Of a stretch of 22,241 bases of DNA, positions 1-9,742 are shown piece after piece. The notes below the pieces were generated by a model, which worked only from the letters and a program-made list of their open reading frames with translations, was not told where the DNA came from and ran no database searches. The stretch lies in the UHGV virus genome UHGV-1381228; one strand, given 5' to 3'. The stretch comes from a virus. A program made the translations under genes and the position numbers. The stretch's first letter is position 1. Every line of letters begins with the position of its first letter.

Positions 1-46
1 AGATCAGCCTCGGTCTCGTGGGCTCGGAGATGTGTATAAGAGACAG
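1..46. other. Illumina Nextera adapter remnant (index-containing primer sequence plus Tn5 mosaic end AGATGTGTATAAGAGACAG); not biological
   Basis: Bases 13-46 read GTCTCGTGGGCTCGG + AGATGTGTATAAGAGACAG, the Nextera read-2 transposase adapter; the preceding 8 nt CAGCCTCG sit where an i7 index would be. Confidence 0.9.
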
Positions 47-931
47 GATATCAACTGGTGAAAAATTTGGTGCGCTTGTAGACTCGCCGCGAGAGTTAAT
101 AAATCTGCCGACACCACCAAACGCCACCCCAAGAACAGCATCAATAGCAATTGCCTGTCGATCCAACACATCATACTGGTTAGCCATTTCGCTATAGCCA
201 CCATCACGAAGCGTTTTTGCAGTAAGCCCACGCTGTGCCATACCGAACGCAATATTTGTACCTGCGGCATAGGCAATATCTGGCGTTGCACGTACTGCTG
301 TTGCTGCGGCGCGTCGCACTGAACTTTCACCCGTCCGCGCAAGCTGAGCCGCCACACCTTCCGCCAGCGCACCACCAGCACGTAACCCGAGGCTCATAGG
401 GATCAGTGTTCCGGCACCAGCAGTAATACCCTGCACTAATCCCGCTTCCTGCGCCGTCCTGAAATCAACACCCTGTGCTGTAAGCCGTTCAAACTCAGAA
501 AAACCCTGTAGAGAAGTTACCGCCGCAGCACCTCCGACCGGACCACCGAGCGTTGTACCGACAACAGCCTGCCCGCCCATATCGAACAACCCATAAAGGA
601 CCTGCCCGGCGGTTCCGGTTGTCGCGGCATCAGGCGTCAGCCGCTTAACCTGCTGCTCTGCTAGTTTTCTCTGCTCAGCAATGTATGAAACTGAAGTGTC
701 ATTGATCGAGGTGTTTTCGTTAACAAACTGAGCAATCGGGGATACGATTTTATCCATCCCTGCCCATAGCAACTGATCTGGCTTTGCCACCAGCCCGGAG
801 TACAAACCAGACAATGCCGCTCCTACAGCATTGTCGAAAAAACCAACATCGCTGTTAAAGCCAGCTGGATTTGATGCTGCTTCGTCAAGCTGCTGATTCT
901 GGTTTACTGGATTAAGGCCAAAGTAACTCAT
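47..931 (-). CDS. virion internal/ejection-type protein, truncated by contig end (N-terminal 295 codons present)
   Basis: Open minus-strand frame from ATG at 931-929 (overlapping the upstream TGA as ATGA) to the adapter boundary with no stop; translation starts MSYFGLNPVNQNQQLDEAAS and is Gly/Ala-rich; not in the ORF track because it has no stop in the window. Confidence 0.5.
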
Positions 932-3441
932 TGCGGAATATCTCCGGAGAATCTCTGACGCTTCTGTGTCAGATTAAGAACAACGGGAGAACCATCATCT
1001 TTCAGCAGATAACCAGTACCAAGTTTCACCAGGTACTGACTATCGCCGTAACTTTGCAAACCATACTGACCAGGCGGTGTTTTTATCCCGGAGCCGACAA
1101 CTTGTTCATTCCAAGCCTGATTAACCTGCTTATCGAATTGCTCTGCAGACATTCCCCACGGCAAAAGGACATTCCCCATTCCGTTATAGTCATGCACGCC
1201 ACCTGTAGCTACGTTAACAGCCTGTTTCCAGACATCATTGTCAATTTCGCCTGATACCACGCCTTTTTTCGCCATCACACCAGCGTAATAATCCTTTGCG
1301 ATCTCGTATGCCATTGATGCGCCCTGAGCGTCACCAGCAAATGCATCCTTCACCATGTCAGAAAACTCAAGGCGAAGATCAGCATCTTTAGGCATCGGAA
1401 TACCTTTCGCATCATCAGTACCTTTACGAGCCGCCGCGCCAGCAAGAATTGTCTGCGCAGCGGTTTCAGGAGACACGGAAACATCCGGATTAAACCAGTT
1501 TTTTTCTGCCAAAATACCACCAGGCTTATCCATCAGTATCCCGGCAACGGCAGCAGATGGAGCGTTGGCACTGATCTGCTGTAGTGCTGACATATACACC
1601 TGCCCACCACCAGTGCTCTGCCTGATGGTATCGAGATATGCTGCCTGTTGGGAAACTGGAGCATCACGAAAGAAAACACCGATCTGATTGGCCTCGTCTT
1701 TGGAAAAGAACGTCAGTGGAGTGCCATATGACTTAGCAAGGTCACTGACCTGAGCGGCACGCAAGGCAACGCTCTGTCCAAAGTTATCCTTATTGCTCAT
1801 GTCGATAGGCTTTGCCTGTCGGGAGGCAAGAGAGAACTGCACAGGATCCGACTGCCGCTGCTTTATCACCTGATTTGCAGCCGAAACAACGTTGTCATAA
1901 AGAGTTGCGCGTGCCGCATACCCCTCCCCTGTATCACCAGTATCCGGGCGTAATTGCTCAACATATGCTGTAATGCTGCTTGTCGGCATGTTGCGGAAAG
2001 AGCCTATATACTGTCCGGCGATCTGCGTATTCTTAAACTCGGTATATCGCAGGTTTCCTTCTCTGACTCCATAAGCTGCAATAAAATCATCCTCACCAGG
2101 TGGGTTAGGAAATTCAATGCCACGCATATACGCAGCCGTCGCATCGCGAACCCGGCTGTCGAGCATCGTTTTATATTCAGCCTGCTGTTGTCTGGCTAGT
2201 GCATCAGTCTGTCGCAACACGCTGGCCTGATCTGATTCACTTAAAGCATCGAACCAGGCTACACCGGTATAACGTTTATTTTTTGTCGGTAGCTGAGAAA
2301 GCCCCAGCGCAGCACTAACACCTGCAGTTAACTGCTGATCACTGTATGGCTGGCTACCGTTTTCATGATGGATAATGGCTGCACAAAGCGCCTTCAGGGT
2401 ATCAGGATTTGATGCATCGAGAGGCTCATCAGCAGAAACGCCAAGTTGTTCGCACACTGCTTTGATATACGACATAGTGTCATTTTTATCAGTAGGCGGT
2501 GCCCAGCGATTAATTATCTCGCTGACGGTATCAATACCCTGCCGCTGATACGACATCAGGTTCCGCCCTAATGCACGAATACCGTGTTCAGGGGTTTCGA
2601 ATTTGGCAAAGCGACCATCATCACCAGTCTGCCCAACCCACGGATTAGTTTTGCTGTATTCAAGATTGCCGGGGTTATTGTTGCGTATACCGCGGGTACG
2701 ATCGGAAGAGCCACTATCTGCTACAGCACGGCGAGAACCAGCAGCAGTATCGCTTAACTCGCCGTTTTGCTGTCTTACCTGAAGATAGTTTGCTCCAATA
2801 GCATTTTGAGCAGTTGCTTTTGCTGTTGCTTCTTTAAACTCGATTTTCTTGGCCTGGATTTGCTCGTCACTCCAGCCATGTGCAATGCCGTAATCCTCAA
2901 TTTGCTGGAAAGTTTGCTTATTAGCCAATACGTATGCGGCGTTGTCGCCATACAATGCTGCGGCATTTTTACCATTGTTCAGCAGCGTAGCCTGAAACTG
3001 GCCTTCTTCGTAGGCATTTATTTGCCCTATCTCGTGCCGCCCGGCCTGCGTAGTGAACTGAATGCGCTGCTGCTGCGCCTGCTGCATGAAAGCATTACGA
3101 GCCTGTTCATCCGGCAGCGACATAGCCAGTTGTTCGACCTGAGCATCAAACTGCTGCGTATACTCCTGACCTTTTCCAATAGCATTTTTCCCTTTCAGGT
3201 TAAGCAAACCTGTTTCAGGGTTATTCAGCAGATCGCTGCTTATCTGGCTTAAGCTAAGAGAAGCATCCTGAGCCATAGCAACATTCGCACGCTGTTTTGC
3301 CTGCGCAATAATACCTGCATATTGCTCTGCAACATCGCCAAGTACATCACCGACATTTGGTGTCTGAAACGATGAGAATCCCTGCGTCGAAATCCCTCTG
3401 CTCTGAACCTGACGGCCCGATGTTGTTGGTACAACTGGCAT
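928..3441 (-). CDS. large virion internal/ejection protein (837 aa) with a possible cell-wall hydrolase-like central region
   Basis: 837-aa ORF in the tail/internal-protein operon; central segment GIRNNNPGNLEYSKTNPWVGQTGDDGRFAKFETPEHGIRALGRNLMSYQRQG resembles motifs of virion-associated peptidoglycan hydrolase domains (recalled, not searched). Confidence 0.5.
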   Translation of the reverse strand: MPVVPTTSGRQVQSRGISTQGFSSFQTPNVGDVLGDVAEQYAGIIAQAKQRANVAMAQDASLSLSQISSDLLNNPETGLLNLKGKNAIGKGQEYTQQFDAQVEQLAMSLPDEQARNAFMQQAQQQRIQFTTQAGRHEIGQINAYEEGQFQATLLNNGKNAAALYGDNAAYVLANKQTFQQIEDYGIAHGWSDEQIQAKKIEFKEATAKATAQNAIGANYLQVRQQNGELSDTAAGSRRAVADSGSSDRTRGIRNNNPGNLEYSKTNPWVGQTGDDGRFAKFETPEHGIRALGRNLMSYQRQGIDTVSEIINRWAPPTDKNDTMSYIKAVCEQLGVSADEPLDASNPDTLKALCAAIIHHENGSQPYSDQQLTAGVSAALGLSQLPTKNKRYTGVAWFDALSESDQASVLRQTDALARQQQAEYKTMLDSRVRDATAAYMRGIEFPNPPGEDDFIAAYGVREGNLRYTEFKNTQIAGQYIGSFRNMPTSSITAYVEQLRPDTGDTGEGYAARATLYDNVVSAANQVIKQRQSDPVQFSLASRQAKPIDMSNKDNFGQSVALRAAQVSDLAKSYGTPLTFFSKDEANQIGVFFRDAPVSQQAAYLDTIRQSTGGGQVYMSALQQISANAPSAAVAGILMDKPGGILAEKNWFNPDVSVSPETAAQTILAGAAARKGTDDAKGIPMPKDADLRLEFSDMVKDAFAGDAQGASMAYEIAKDYYAGVMAKKGVVSGEIDNDVWKQAVNVATGGVHDYNGMGNVLLPWGMSAEQFDKQVNQAWNEQVVGSGIKTPPGQYGLQSYGDSQYLVKLGTGYLLKDDGSPVVLNLTQKRQRFSGDIPQ

Positions 3442-3453
3442 CTTATTATCCCC

Positions 3454-3993
3454 TTATCGACCGGTTGGAGTGCCAACAGCAGCAGAAATCGGCGCAGCCT
3501 TCTGAGAGAACGGGCTCCACGTTCCGCCGCCCATCTGGTATGCACCGTATGCTTTTAGTGGTGCCGTTAACAAAGTGCTGGTCATCGATGATTTAGCAGC
3601 CGACTGAGCAGCAGCCCCCTGTGCCTGAGCATTCATTCCCTGAACCTGATACCCATATGCCTCACGCTGAGCATTATTCACTGTCGTTAACGCATCAAGA
3701 GTGCCGAACTGAGCATTATCCGCAAAAACGTCAAGAGCTGTTCCGCTACTTAATTCCGCACCGGTAGCCCCCATAGTGGCCGCCGCAGTGCCTGAGCGTT
3801 GACGCATTTCACGACGACGCTGATCCGCTTCAATATTCCCACGATTGATTGAATCCTGTGCCTGAGCTTCAGCAATTTCAGCATTCCGATCAGCTATGGC
3901 TGACTGGTATTTTGCCTGCTTGCTCTGGCTGTACATTGACGCGGCTGTGGATGCCACTGTGACGGCAACCAAAGCGATGGCTGGGTTACACAT
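3454..3993 (-). CDS. virion internal protein with N-terminal hydrophobic segment (179 aa)
   Basis: N-terminus AIALVAVTVASTAA is hydrophobic, followed by a charged coiled-coil-like region; position between tail tube-like gene and large internal protein. Confidence 0.45.
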   Translation of the reverse strand: MCNPAIALVAVTVASTAASMYSQSKQAKYQSAIADRNAEIAEAQAQDSINRGNIEADQRRREMRQRSGTAAATMGATGAELSSGTALDVFADNAQFGTLDALTTVNNAQREAYGYQVQGMNAQAQGAAAQSAAKSSMTSTLLTAPLKAYGAYQMGGGTWSPFSQKAAPISAAVGTPTGR

Positions 3994-4457
3994 TATTTTC
4001 TCTCCATGTGAAATCTGTGGAAATTAAGACCAAGAGCACCATAAGGCGCGGCTTCTTCAAGCCTGAATCCAAGCCAGTGCAGCCATGCTTTGGCAACATG
4101 GTTTCGCTCGTCGACGTAGTTTTCCAGGCGCGGATAAACTGCCAGCATCTGCTGCAATACAGGGCGGCAGTGGCGAAGAAATGTCTTCTGATATTTTTCA
4201 ATACGGCTGGTTCCTACCAGCCAGGGCGTACCATTGCCACCGATCATTGACGCCGGAGATACGCCAAACATGGTTACCAGTTCTCCGTTCGCAAATCCTG
4301 ACCAGGCCATAGTCGCAGTACGCAGACCAACACGCAGCGCATCTTCGGTAGTCATCAGTGATACCGCATACAGTTCGTCAATATCAGCCTGACGAACATC
4401 CGGCAAAATCATCTGAAGATGCTCTTCGGTTGCGGGAATAATTTGAACATTGATCAT
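3993..4457 (-). CDS. hypothetical virion-associated protein (154 aa)
   Basis: ORF translationally coupled (overlapping stop/start) to both neighbours in the structural operon. Confidence 0.45.
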   Translation of the reverse strand: MINVQIIPATEEHLQMILPDVRQADIDELYAVSLMTTEDALRVGLRTATMAWSGFANGELVTMFGVSPASMIGGNGTPWLVGTSRIEKYQKTFLRHCRPVLQQMLAVYPRLENYVDERNHVAKAWLHWLGFRLEEAAPYGALGLNFHRFHMERK

Positions 4458-6928
4458 CAGAACCCACCAACAGTAAGGCGAGGAATAACGGCAAGAACAG
4501 ACAGCGGCAACGGATCAAGCTGACGGATTTTTACACGTCCGTTTTTGCCCCAGTTACTGTCCAGTTTCACTTCTACTTTTCCGGTAGCATCATCAACAGG
4601 ATCATCGTAGAACTCGAATTCACGCTGTGGATATTCGTACCATTTACCGCCGGGCGTAGTCGCCCAGATGCCGCGACTGGCATTCACAACCAGAGTAACG
4701 GACGGGATCACCTGTTTTTTGTCCAGCAGCGTTTCCTGTCCGTTAATGTTGATATCCAGTGTTTCGAATTCAGCAGTTATTGGCAGGCCGATGTGCACTA
4801 CAGCCCCCGGTGATTCCAGCGTGACGGCACATCCGGAAACCACTTTCTGTGGTTCCACGTTCGCATCAGAGAGAATGTTTACGGTCTGGCCTTCAAGATG
4901 AGACAGGCCTCCAAATGTCCGGCGCGCCATCTGCCAGTTCGTGGTGGCCACATTCCTGAGGGATGGCGGGACGTTCCTGTTAGCACGAACCACTACAGCG
5001 GTATTGCTGGTTACAGAAATAATGTCGCAACGTAATTCTTTTGACACCTCATCGCCAGTATCAGGATCAGTTCCGGTATAAGGGAACTGTAGTTGCGCGC
5101 CGACATCACTACTGGTGAAGTACGCACCACCAGAAACACTGATTGTATATTCCGCGCGGTAATCCCATTCGCCAGAACCACCAGTGATGATCATCGTTCT
5201 GTCAGACGTATTTCTTCCATCATAGCTAAGGCCAGAATCAACAAAGAAAGCATCTTCATCGCTGGTAAATAAACGGCTGGACAGTCGCTCGATGTATCTC
5301 ACTGTTTGCCCGTTAACGGTTCGGTTAACGACGAAATACACCGCATCTTCATTGCCTTCGCTGATACTGCATGTGCTTTCATATTTTCCGGTACTGGATT
5401 GTGGTGCCCATGCAAAAACCTGCTGATCACGCAAATAGGTCATCACCAGTAATTTACCGTCATCACGGATGCAGAAGGCGCTGGAGTAAGGGACTATTGA
5501 GAAGCACCAGTCAACAATGCTGTGCTTCTGAAAAAGATGATTGGCAAGGATAGTAAGGTCGTTCCCCTGATAGCCGTCAACATCGAATGAGTAGGCCAGA
5601 TCACGGACAACACTGCCTTTCTCCTGGACGAACAGAGCAATATTCGCCACGGCAATTGGTGGGACATTGCTCGAGCCATTTGATCCCTGAGAGCTGAATG
5701 CAAATGATGATGGGGTAAGCACTTTGTTCTGGTCGCCAGTGATGACGTACTCACCTCCGGAAGTCAGCGCCACCAGCGAACCAACATCAATCAGGTGACG
5801 GATCTCATTAACCTGACGCCCGGCATAGGTGTAGATAATTCTGTCGTCATCCTGCGTAGGATTGCTTTTGCCAAAATCCTTATAATCCCCAGTACGGCTG
5901 GCCCAGATAGTCTGAGGGAACGCAGTCGATGCGGCGAAGTAAAGACGCTGTTGATAATAAACAACAGTGCCAGGATAACCATTAACACTGTTCCAGGCAT
6001 ATTTAGCCCATTTATAGCTGGCATTATCCTCGCCAACGACCTGCGAAGGGATATAGGAAATCACCTCGGCAGTTGCAGTAGTGCCATTTGCAGCAGTGAT
6101 ACGGGCAATGCCAAAACCACTGTGCAGATACTCCCACTCAATGCCAGTATCATCATCACCGGATCCGCCCCAGCCATCCCATGATGTGCCTTCTGTATGC
6201 GAAGGGCGCAAAGTACCTGTTTTGCCTGCTGTAACGGCGCGATAGTAGTTACTGTCTGCACGGCGAATATCGCCAATCGACGTACTCTTACTGGTTTCCC
6301 ATACAGGTACTGAATCCACTGCAGGCTGTTCCAGATAGAACAATTTGCCTACCTGCTCCGCGCCAAAAATAGAGACGCTTGCCGTTAACGTAATTGTCCC
6401 GGTGCTGGCGCTGGCATAAACCGTCACTGACTCATCAATATTGATATCTTCAAATGGCCCGTTCTTCGTTACCACATCAACCAGTTGCCAGTTGTCATGC
6501 GCATAGCGACGCAACTCTTTCGGCGGGTATGCCGGATGAACAAGCGTAAGCACGTCTGCGCTTTGCGTGAATTTAATTCGGAACAGATCGGCTTCAGTAT
6601 ATGGCGTGGCAATTTCATAAATAACATTGCTGCTGTTCAGCACCAACGCACCATCTTTGATAACGCGCATGTACTGGTGTCCGAACTCCAGAGCATAGGT
6701 CTGAACCGTCGAGAACTGGAACGGGATCAGGCGGCATTTCCGATTTGGGTATTTGGCGGCACCGACAAAACGCGTACCAGGTCGATTCTCAACGCCGCCA
6801 TACTGCCGCACGATAAAGTTATCGCACTTGCGCAATGCCACCTGGTACTTCGCCATGTCGATACGTCCGTACAACGACGGTCCAATCTCACCACCAGCAA
6901 AGCTGGGCTGGATCCAACTGATAGCCAT
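4457..6928 (-). CDS. putative tail tube/nozzle protein (tail tubular protein B-like, 823 aa)
   Basis: 823-aa ORF immediately after a ~200-aa tail-tubular-A-like gene, the size and order seen in T7-like short-tailed phages; assignment by synteny and size only. Confidence 0.4.
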   Translation of the reverse strand: MAISWIQPSFAGGEIGPSLYGRIDMAKYQVALRKCDNFIVRQYGGVENRPGTRFVGAAKYPNRKCRLIPFQFSTVQTYALEFGHQYMRVIKDGALVLNSSNVIYEIATPYTEADLFRIKFTQSADVLTLVHPAYPPKELRRYAHDNWQLVDVVTKNGPFEDINIDESVTVYASASTGTITLTASVSIFGAEQVGKLFYLEQPAVDSVPVWETSKSTSIGDIRRADSNYYRAVTAGKTGTLRPSHTEGTSWDGWGGSGDDDTGIEWEYLHSGFGIARITAANGTTATAEVISYIPSQVVGEDNASYKWAKYAWNSVNGYPGTVVYYQQRLYFAASTAFPQTIWASRTGDYKDFGKSNPTQDDDRIIYTYAGRQVNEIRHLIDVGSLVALTSGGEYVITGDQNKVLTPSSFAFSSQGSNGSSNVPPIAVANIALFVQEKGSVVRDLAYSFDVDGYQGNDLTILANHLFQKHSIVDWCFSIVPYSSAFCIRDDGKLLVMTYLRDQQVFAWAPQSSTGKYESTCSISEGNEDAVYFVVNRTVNGQTVRYIERLSSRLFTSDEDAFFVDSGLSYDGRNTSDRTMIITGGSGEWDYRAEYTISVSGGAYFTSSDVGAQLQFPYTGTDPDTGDEVSKELRCDIISVTSNTAVVVRANRNVPPSLRNVATTNWQMARRTFGGLSHLEGQTVNILSDANVEPQKVVSGCAVTLESPGAVVHIGLPITAEFETLDININGQETLLDKKQVIPSVTLVVNASRGIWATTPGGKWYEYPQREFEFYDDPVDDATGKVEVKLDSNWGKNGRVKIRQLDPLPLSVLAVIPRLTVGGF

Positions 6929-7536
6929 CAGGACAACCTCGCAATGGTAAACTCGTCAACCGGTGGCTGTGGTTCCTGTGATTCATTCTGGCTATGCGAG
7001 CCAGCACTAAGAATCACGCGATTGTACATATTGAGAGCAAATGTACCGAGATCCGCATTCCCAGTCAGCGCCATGTTAATGGCTGCCGCAAGACGCCAGG
7101 CCAGCGCCTCCATAAAAATGGCATCAAACATGTTTACATCTGAAACGCGAGAGACATACTTGAGCCATGCCTGAGGCTGGTCTGTGTAGATCAACTTTCC
7201 TGTTCCGTTGGTGTCTGCACCAACTTCGTACTGAACGCGCATTGCTGCTGTTGGATTGCGTACACCAGGAAGCATAATTTCAGTAATGCGCAGACAATCT
7301 GACGGGTACTGGTACGCATATTCCCAGTCAGGCGGTGGATTGCTCGTATCTGCAAGCGCCACGCGTTTGGTAGCAAAGTTCCAGTCAAAATCAGAAAGCA
7401 CAGCATCACGGCAGGCCTCAAAGTGCAGCGAACATTCCCCCGCTTCCTTGCTGGCTTCCGTCAGGCTGTTAATGCTGCGGCTGTTGCCAATATTGGACAG
7501 CGCACGATTACAGATCTCTACTACAGAGGCCATCAC
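6928..7536 (-). CDS. putative tail adaptor protein (tail tubular protein A-like, 202 aa)
   Basis: Size and N-terminal pattern (EICNRALSNIGNSRSINSLTE) are reminiscent of T7 gp11-family proteins; position directly upstream of the 823-aa protein. Confidence 0.4.
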   Translation of the reverse strand: MMASVVEICNRALSNIGNSRSINSLTEASKEAGECSLHFEACRDAVLSDFDWNFATKRVALADTSNPPPDWEYAYQYPSDCLRITEIMLPGVRNPTAAMRVQYEVGADTNGTGKLIYTDQPQAWLKYVSRVSDVNMFDAIFMEALAWRLAAAINMALTGNADLGTFALNMYNRVILSAGSHSQNESQEPQPPVDEFTIARLS

Positions 7537-7856
7537 TCACCTCCGTTACCGTACAGAGTTTCAGCCGCTGATTTTTCTACATCCCCGGAAACAGGAGCGA
7601 TCGCCATATCAGTGATCTGCAGATCGGCGCTGCGATTAACACCATCGTCAGTTTCTTTGGCAGACAGGCCTCGAATAACAGCCTTTGCAGTTATCATCAC
7701 TTCTGTTCCGACGCCCTGAGGTTGCGCCTTCAGCTTATTCAATGTGTCGTTATTAAGAGTGATGCACAGCCCCCACGGGTATTCATCGCGAGTTCTGGTT
7801 TCTCCGCTCTCATCCTGGTAGCTGTCAGTGCCGGTTTTGAGGTTTACGAGTTCCAT
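7533..7856 (-). CDS. hypothetical head/tail structural protein (about 107 aa)
   Basis: The track start at 7862 is a GTG directly abutting the GGAG Shine-Dalgarno; ATG at 7856 with GGAG 5 nt upstream is the more plausible start. Confidence 0.45.
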   Translation of the reverse strand: MELVNLKTGTDSYQDESGETRTRDEYPWGLCITLNNDTLNKLKAQPQGVGTEVMITAKAVIRGLSAKETDDGVNRSADLQITDMAIAPVSGDVEKSAAETLYGNGGE

Positions 7857-7865
7857 ATACACTCC

Positions 7866-7890
7866 TGCAATAAAGGGGCCGAAGCCCCTT
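7866..7890 (-). terminator. intrinsic terminator-like hairpin (AAGGGGC-UUCG-GCCCCUU followed by UUUAUUG on the minus strand)
   Basis: Perfect 7-bp inverted repeat with a UUCG tetraloop and downstream T-rich run, between the 114-aa gene stop (7907) and the next start. Confidence 0.5.
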
Positions 7891-7906
7891 GTCTGATCCG
7901 CGAGGC

Positions 7907-8251
7907 TTACACGCCCAGTTCTTTACGCTTATCTGCGATCTTCTCGCGGAGCGTTTCGGCTTTGGCGTTATGGTGTGGCTTCTCGTTAAAGAGCAATTCG
8001 TACTCTTCACGGAGCTTATCCAGTTCACCATCATCTGACACGTCGTTGATGATTTTGGTGCTGGTTGCTGCCATTGACACCTTTCCTGCAACTTTTGCTT
8101 TTGCCTGTCTGGCTGCATCGTTAACAGGTTCCAGTGCGCTACCAGGCTCACCTTCGTATTCGATTTCTGCCCCCTCCGGCCACAGAGTGTTATGGATATG
8201 AGAGAGGCGCAGAACGCGGTATCTTGGTTTCTCACCTGACATCGATATCAC
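7907..8251 (-). CDS. hypothetical protein, candidate abundant capsid accessory protein (114 aa)
   Basis: Lies with the capsid gene upstream of the 7866-7890 terminator, so probably co-expressed at capsid-like levels; function not recognisable. Confidence 0.45.
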   Translation of the reverse strand: MISMSGEKPRYRVLRLSHIHNTLWPEGAEIEYEGEPGSALEPVNDAARQAKAKVAGKVSMAATSTKIINDVSDDGELDKLREEYELLFNEKPHHNAKAETLREKIADKRKELGV

Positions 8252-8252
8252 C

Positions 8253-8690
8253 TTAACCAGTTACTTTTGAGCGGATCGGATACGGCGTATTGGCATCAAC
8301 ATCAAGACTGATACCAGCAGTGAATTCGCCAGCCGTTAGTGGGCCAGTTGCGACGGAGTAGTTAACACGCAGATATCGCTGAACACCGGCAGGCACCTTT
8401 GCAGAAACAACTCGTTTACCTGCTGTCAGGGCGGTCTTTGCCAGTGCGCCACTATCATAAATAGTGGTCCATGATCTGTTATTCTCACTCGTCTGCAACT
8501 GGATGTTTACAGTTGCATCACCGCTTGCTGCGGCGGCTGTGTTAACCAGCGCCCAAAACTCAAGCGGGTAACCCACGCCGATATCACGACGTTTTCCGTC
8601 AATTGGACCGAGATCGATTACGTCAGTAGAAGCCGCGGTATTCGTAACCGCCTGAGCTTCGGAGAACATCAACAGTTTGTCGGTGATCAT
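8253..8690 (-). CDS. hypothetical protein, candidate capsid decoration/accessory protein (145 aa)
   Basis: Gene immediately downstream of the major capsid gene, separated by a stable hairpin; Thr/Ala/Val-rich, beta-rich-looking sequence. Confidence 0.45.
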   Translation of the reverse strand: MITDKLLMFSEAQAVTNTAASTDVIDLGPIDGKRRDIGVGYPLEFWALVNTAAAASGDATVNIQLQTSENNRSWTTIYDSGALAKTALTAGKRVVSAKVPAGVQRYLRVNYSVATGPLTAGEFTAGISLDVDANTPYPIRSKVTG

Positions 8691-8706
8691 CTTCTTTCTC
8701 CATTAG

Positions 8707-8726
8707 TGGGTCTGTTACGACCCACA
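8707..8726 (-). promoter_or_regulatory. stable stem-loop directly after the major capsid gene (GTGGGTC-N6-GACCCAC)
   Basis: Perfect 7-bp inverted repeat between the capsid stop (8742) and the next start (8690); no T-tract, so more likely a partial terminator or mRNA-stability element. Confidence 0.4.
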
Positions 8727-8741
8727 GGTTAATAACAGGCG

Positions 8742-9734
8742 TTACACCACGCGGGCTTCTGTTTCCAGAAGCGCATCAGTTTCACGGATTGGTACACCAC
8801 GGAATGAAGTCCACCACTCGCCTTCTGTCTCTTTTACGCTGATAGCCAGAGATGTTTTCTCCAGAGACTGCAGATCAAGAGCCTGGCCTACAGTGCGGTT
8901 CATGTAGAACACCGGGCGGCCCATGCCACGGTTTGGAATGCGATGTAGTGCTTTAACCATCAACTTCGCAATATTTGCGGCAGAGGATGGTTCTGAAAGA
9001 TTGCTGACATCGATGTTTGCAATGCGAACAACATAACGCCAGTCACGCAGAGCAAGTCCGTTATCCCATTTGTAATGGGTGCGATAGCCTTCGTACTTGC
9101 CGCCATTAGCATCTTCCAGTGTCACCTGGCCTTTATCTTCCATCTGGATGCCAGCCTTCTGCCCTTTCGGGAAGATGCCATGCACGGTGTTTTCGCCCCA
9201 CACCACTAACCAGATTGAGGTGTTATCTGTACCCGTGCCACCAGCATCAATGATGTTCTGAGCATTACCCGCAGACAGGCTGGAATAGCGGGAGGACAGT
9301 CCCATAAACTGCTGAGGGTTAACGCTGGAATCACCATAAAACAGCGTCTGCGCCATCTGCTGATTCATCGCTTCAATAAATGCGCGGTCTTCAGACAGGC
9401 GGAATTCGGCGGTATTGCCGTTCAGATCAGCCAGTGACTTATCGACTTCCGCATAGGTTTCCAGCATGCCAACGGAATCGGTTACCTGCACTGTGGTTGA
9501 TTTGCTTGGCTGTACGCCATAGTTCAGCAAACGCCAGGTAGCTGAAGGTAAACCAGAACGAATGGTGGTTCGGTGTCCGGTAGGAAGGTTCCCTTCGACA
9601 AAAGGCATATCCTGAAGGATCGGGTTAGTTTGACCGAGAAGCTCGATAATCTTATCGACTTTCCCGTTTGGATCGACGCGCTTACCCCAGTCAGCCAGCG
9701 TTAGCGCAGTTAAGCCTTTAACAGCCATTGTCAT
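8742..9734 (-). CDS. major capsid protein (330 aa)
   Basis: 330-aa ORF directly after the acidic scaffolding-like gene and downstream of portal, the conserved portal-scaffold-capsid order; followed by a hairpin. Confidence 0.7.
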   Translation of the reverse strand: MTMAVKGLTALTLADWGKRVDPNGKVDKIIELLGQTNPILQDMPFVEGNLPTGHRTTIRSGLPSATWRLLNYGVQPSKSTTVQVTDSVGMLETYAEVDKSLADLNGNTAEFRLSEDRAFIEAMNQQMAQTLFYGDSSVNPQQFMGLSSRYSSLSAGNAQNIIDAGGTGTDNTSIWLVVWGENTVHGIFPKGQKAGIQMEDKGQVTLEDANGGKYEGYRTHYKWDNGLALRDWRYVVRIANIDVSNLSEPSSAANIAKLMVKALHRIPNRGMGRPVFYMNRTVGQALDLQSLEKTSLAISVKETEGEWWTSFRGVPIRETDALLETEARVV

Positions 9735-9742
9735 TTCCTCTC

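Noticed and set aside
4-381. Track ORF on the minus strand (125 aa, GTG start) at the left end
   Set aside because: It is an alternative frame of the truncated internal-virion gene, Trp/Arg-rich, and its last codons are translated from adapter; the overlapping frame starting at 931 is far more protein-like.
931-3252. Plus-strand track ORFs inside the 837-aa gene (931..1254, 1355..1687, 1954..2199, 2767..3252)
   Set aside because: They lie antisense within a long well-formed minus-strand gene, have no ribosome-binding sites, and give Cys/Leu/Ser-rich low-complexity translations typical of antisense frames. The same applies to the other short opposite-strand ORFs inside the portal, terminase, capsid and tail genes.
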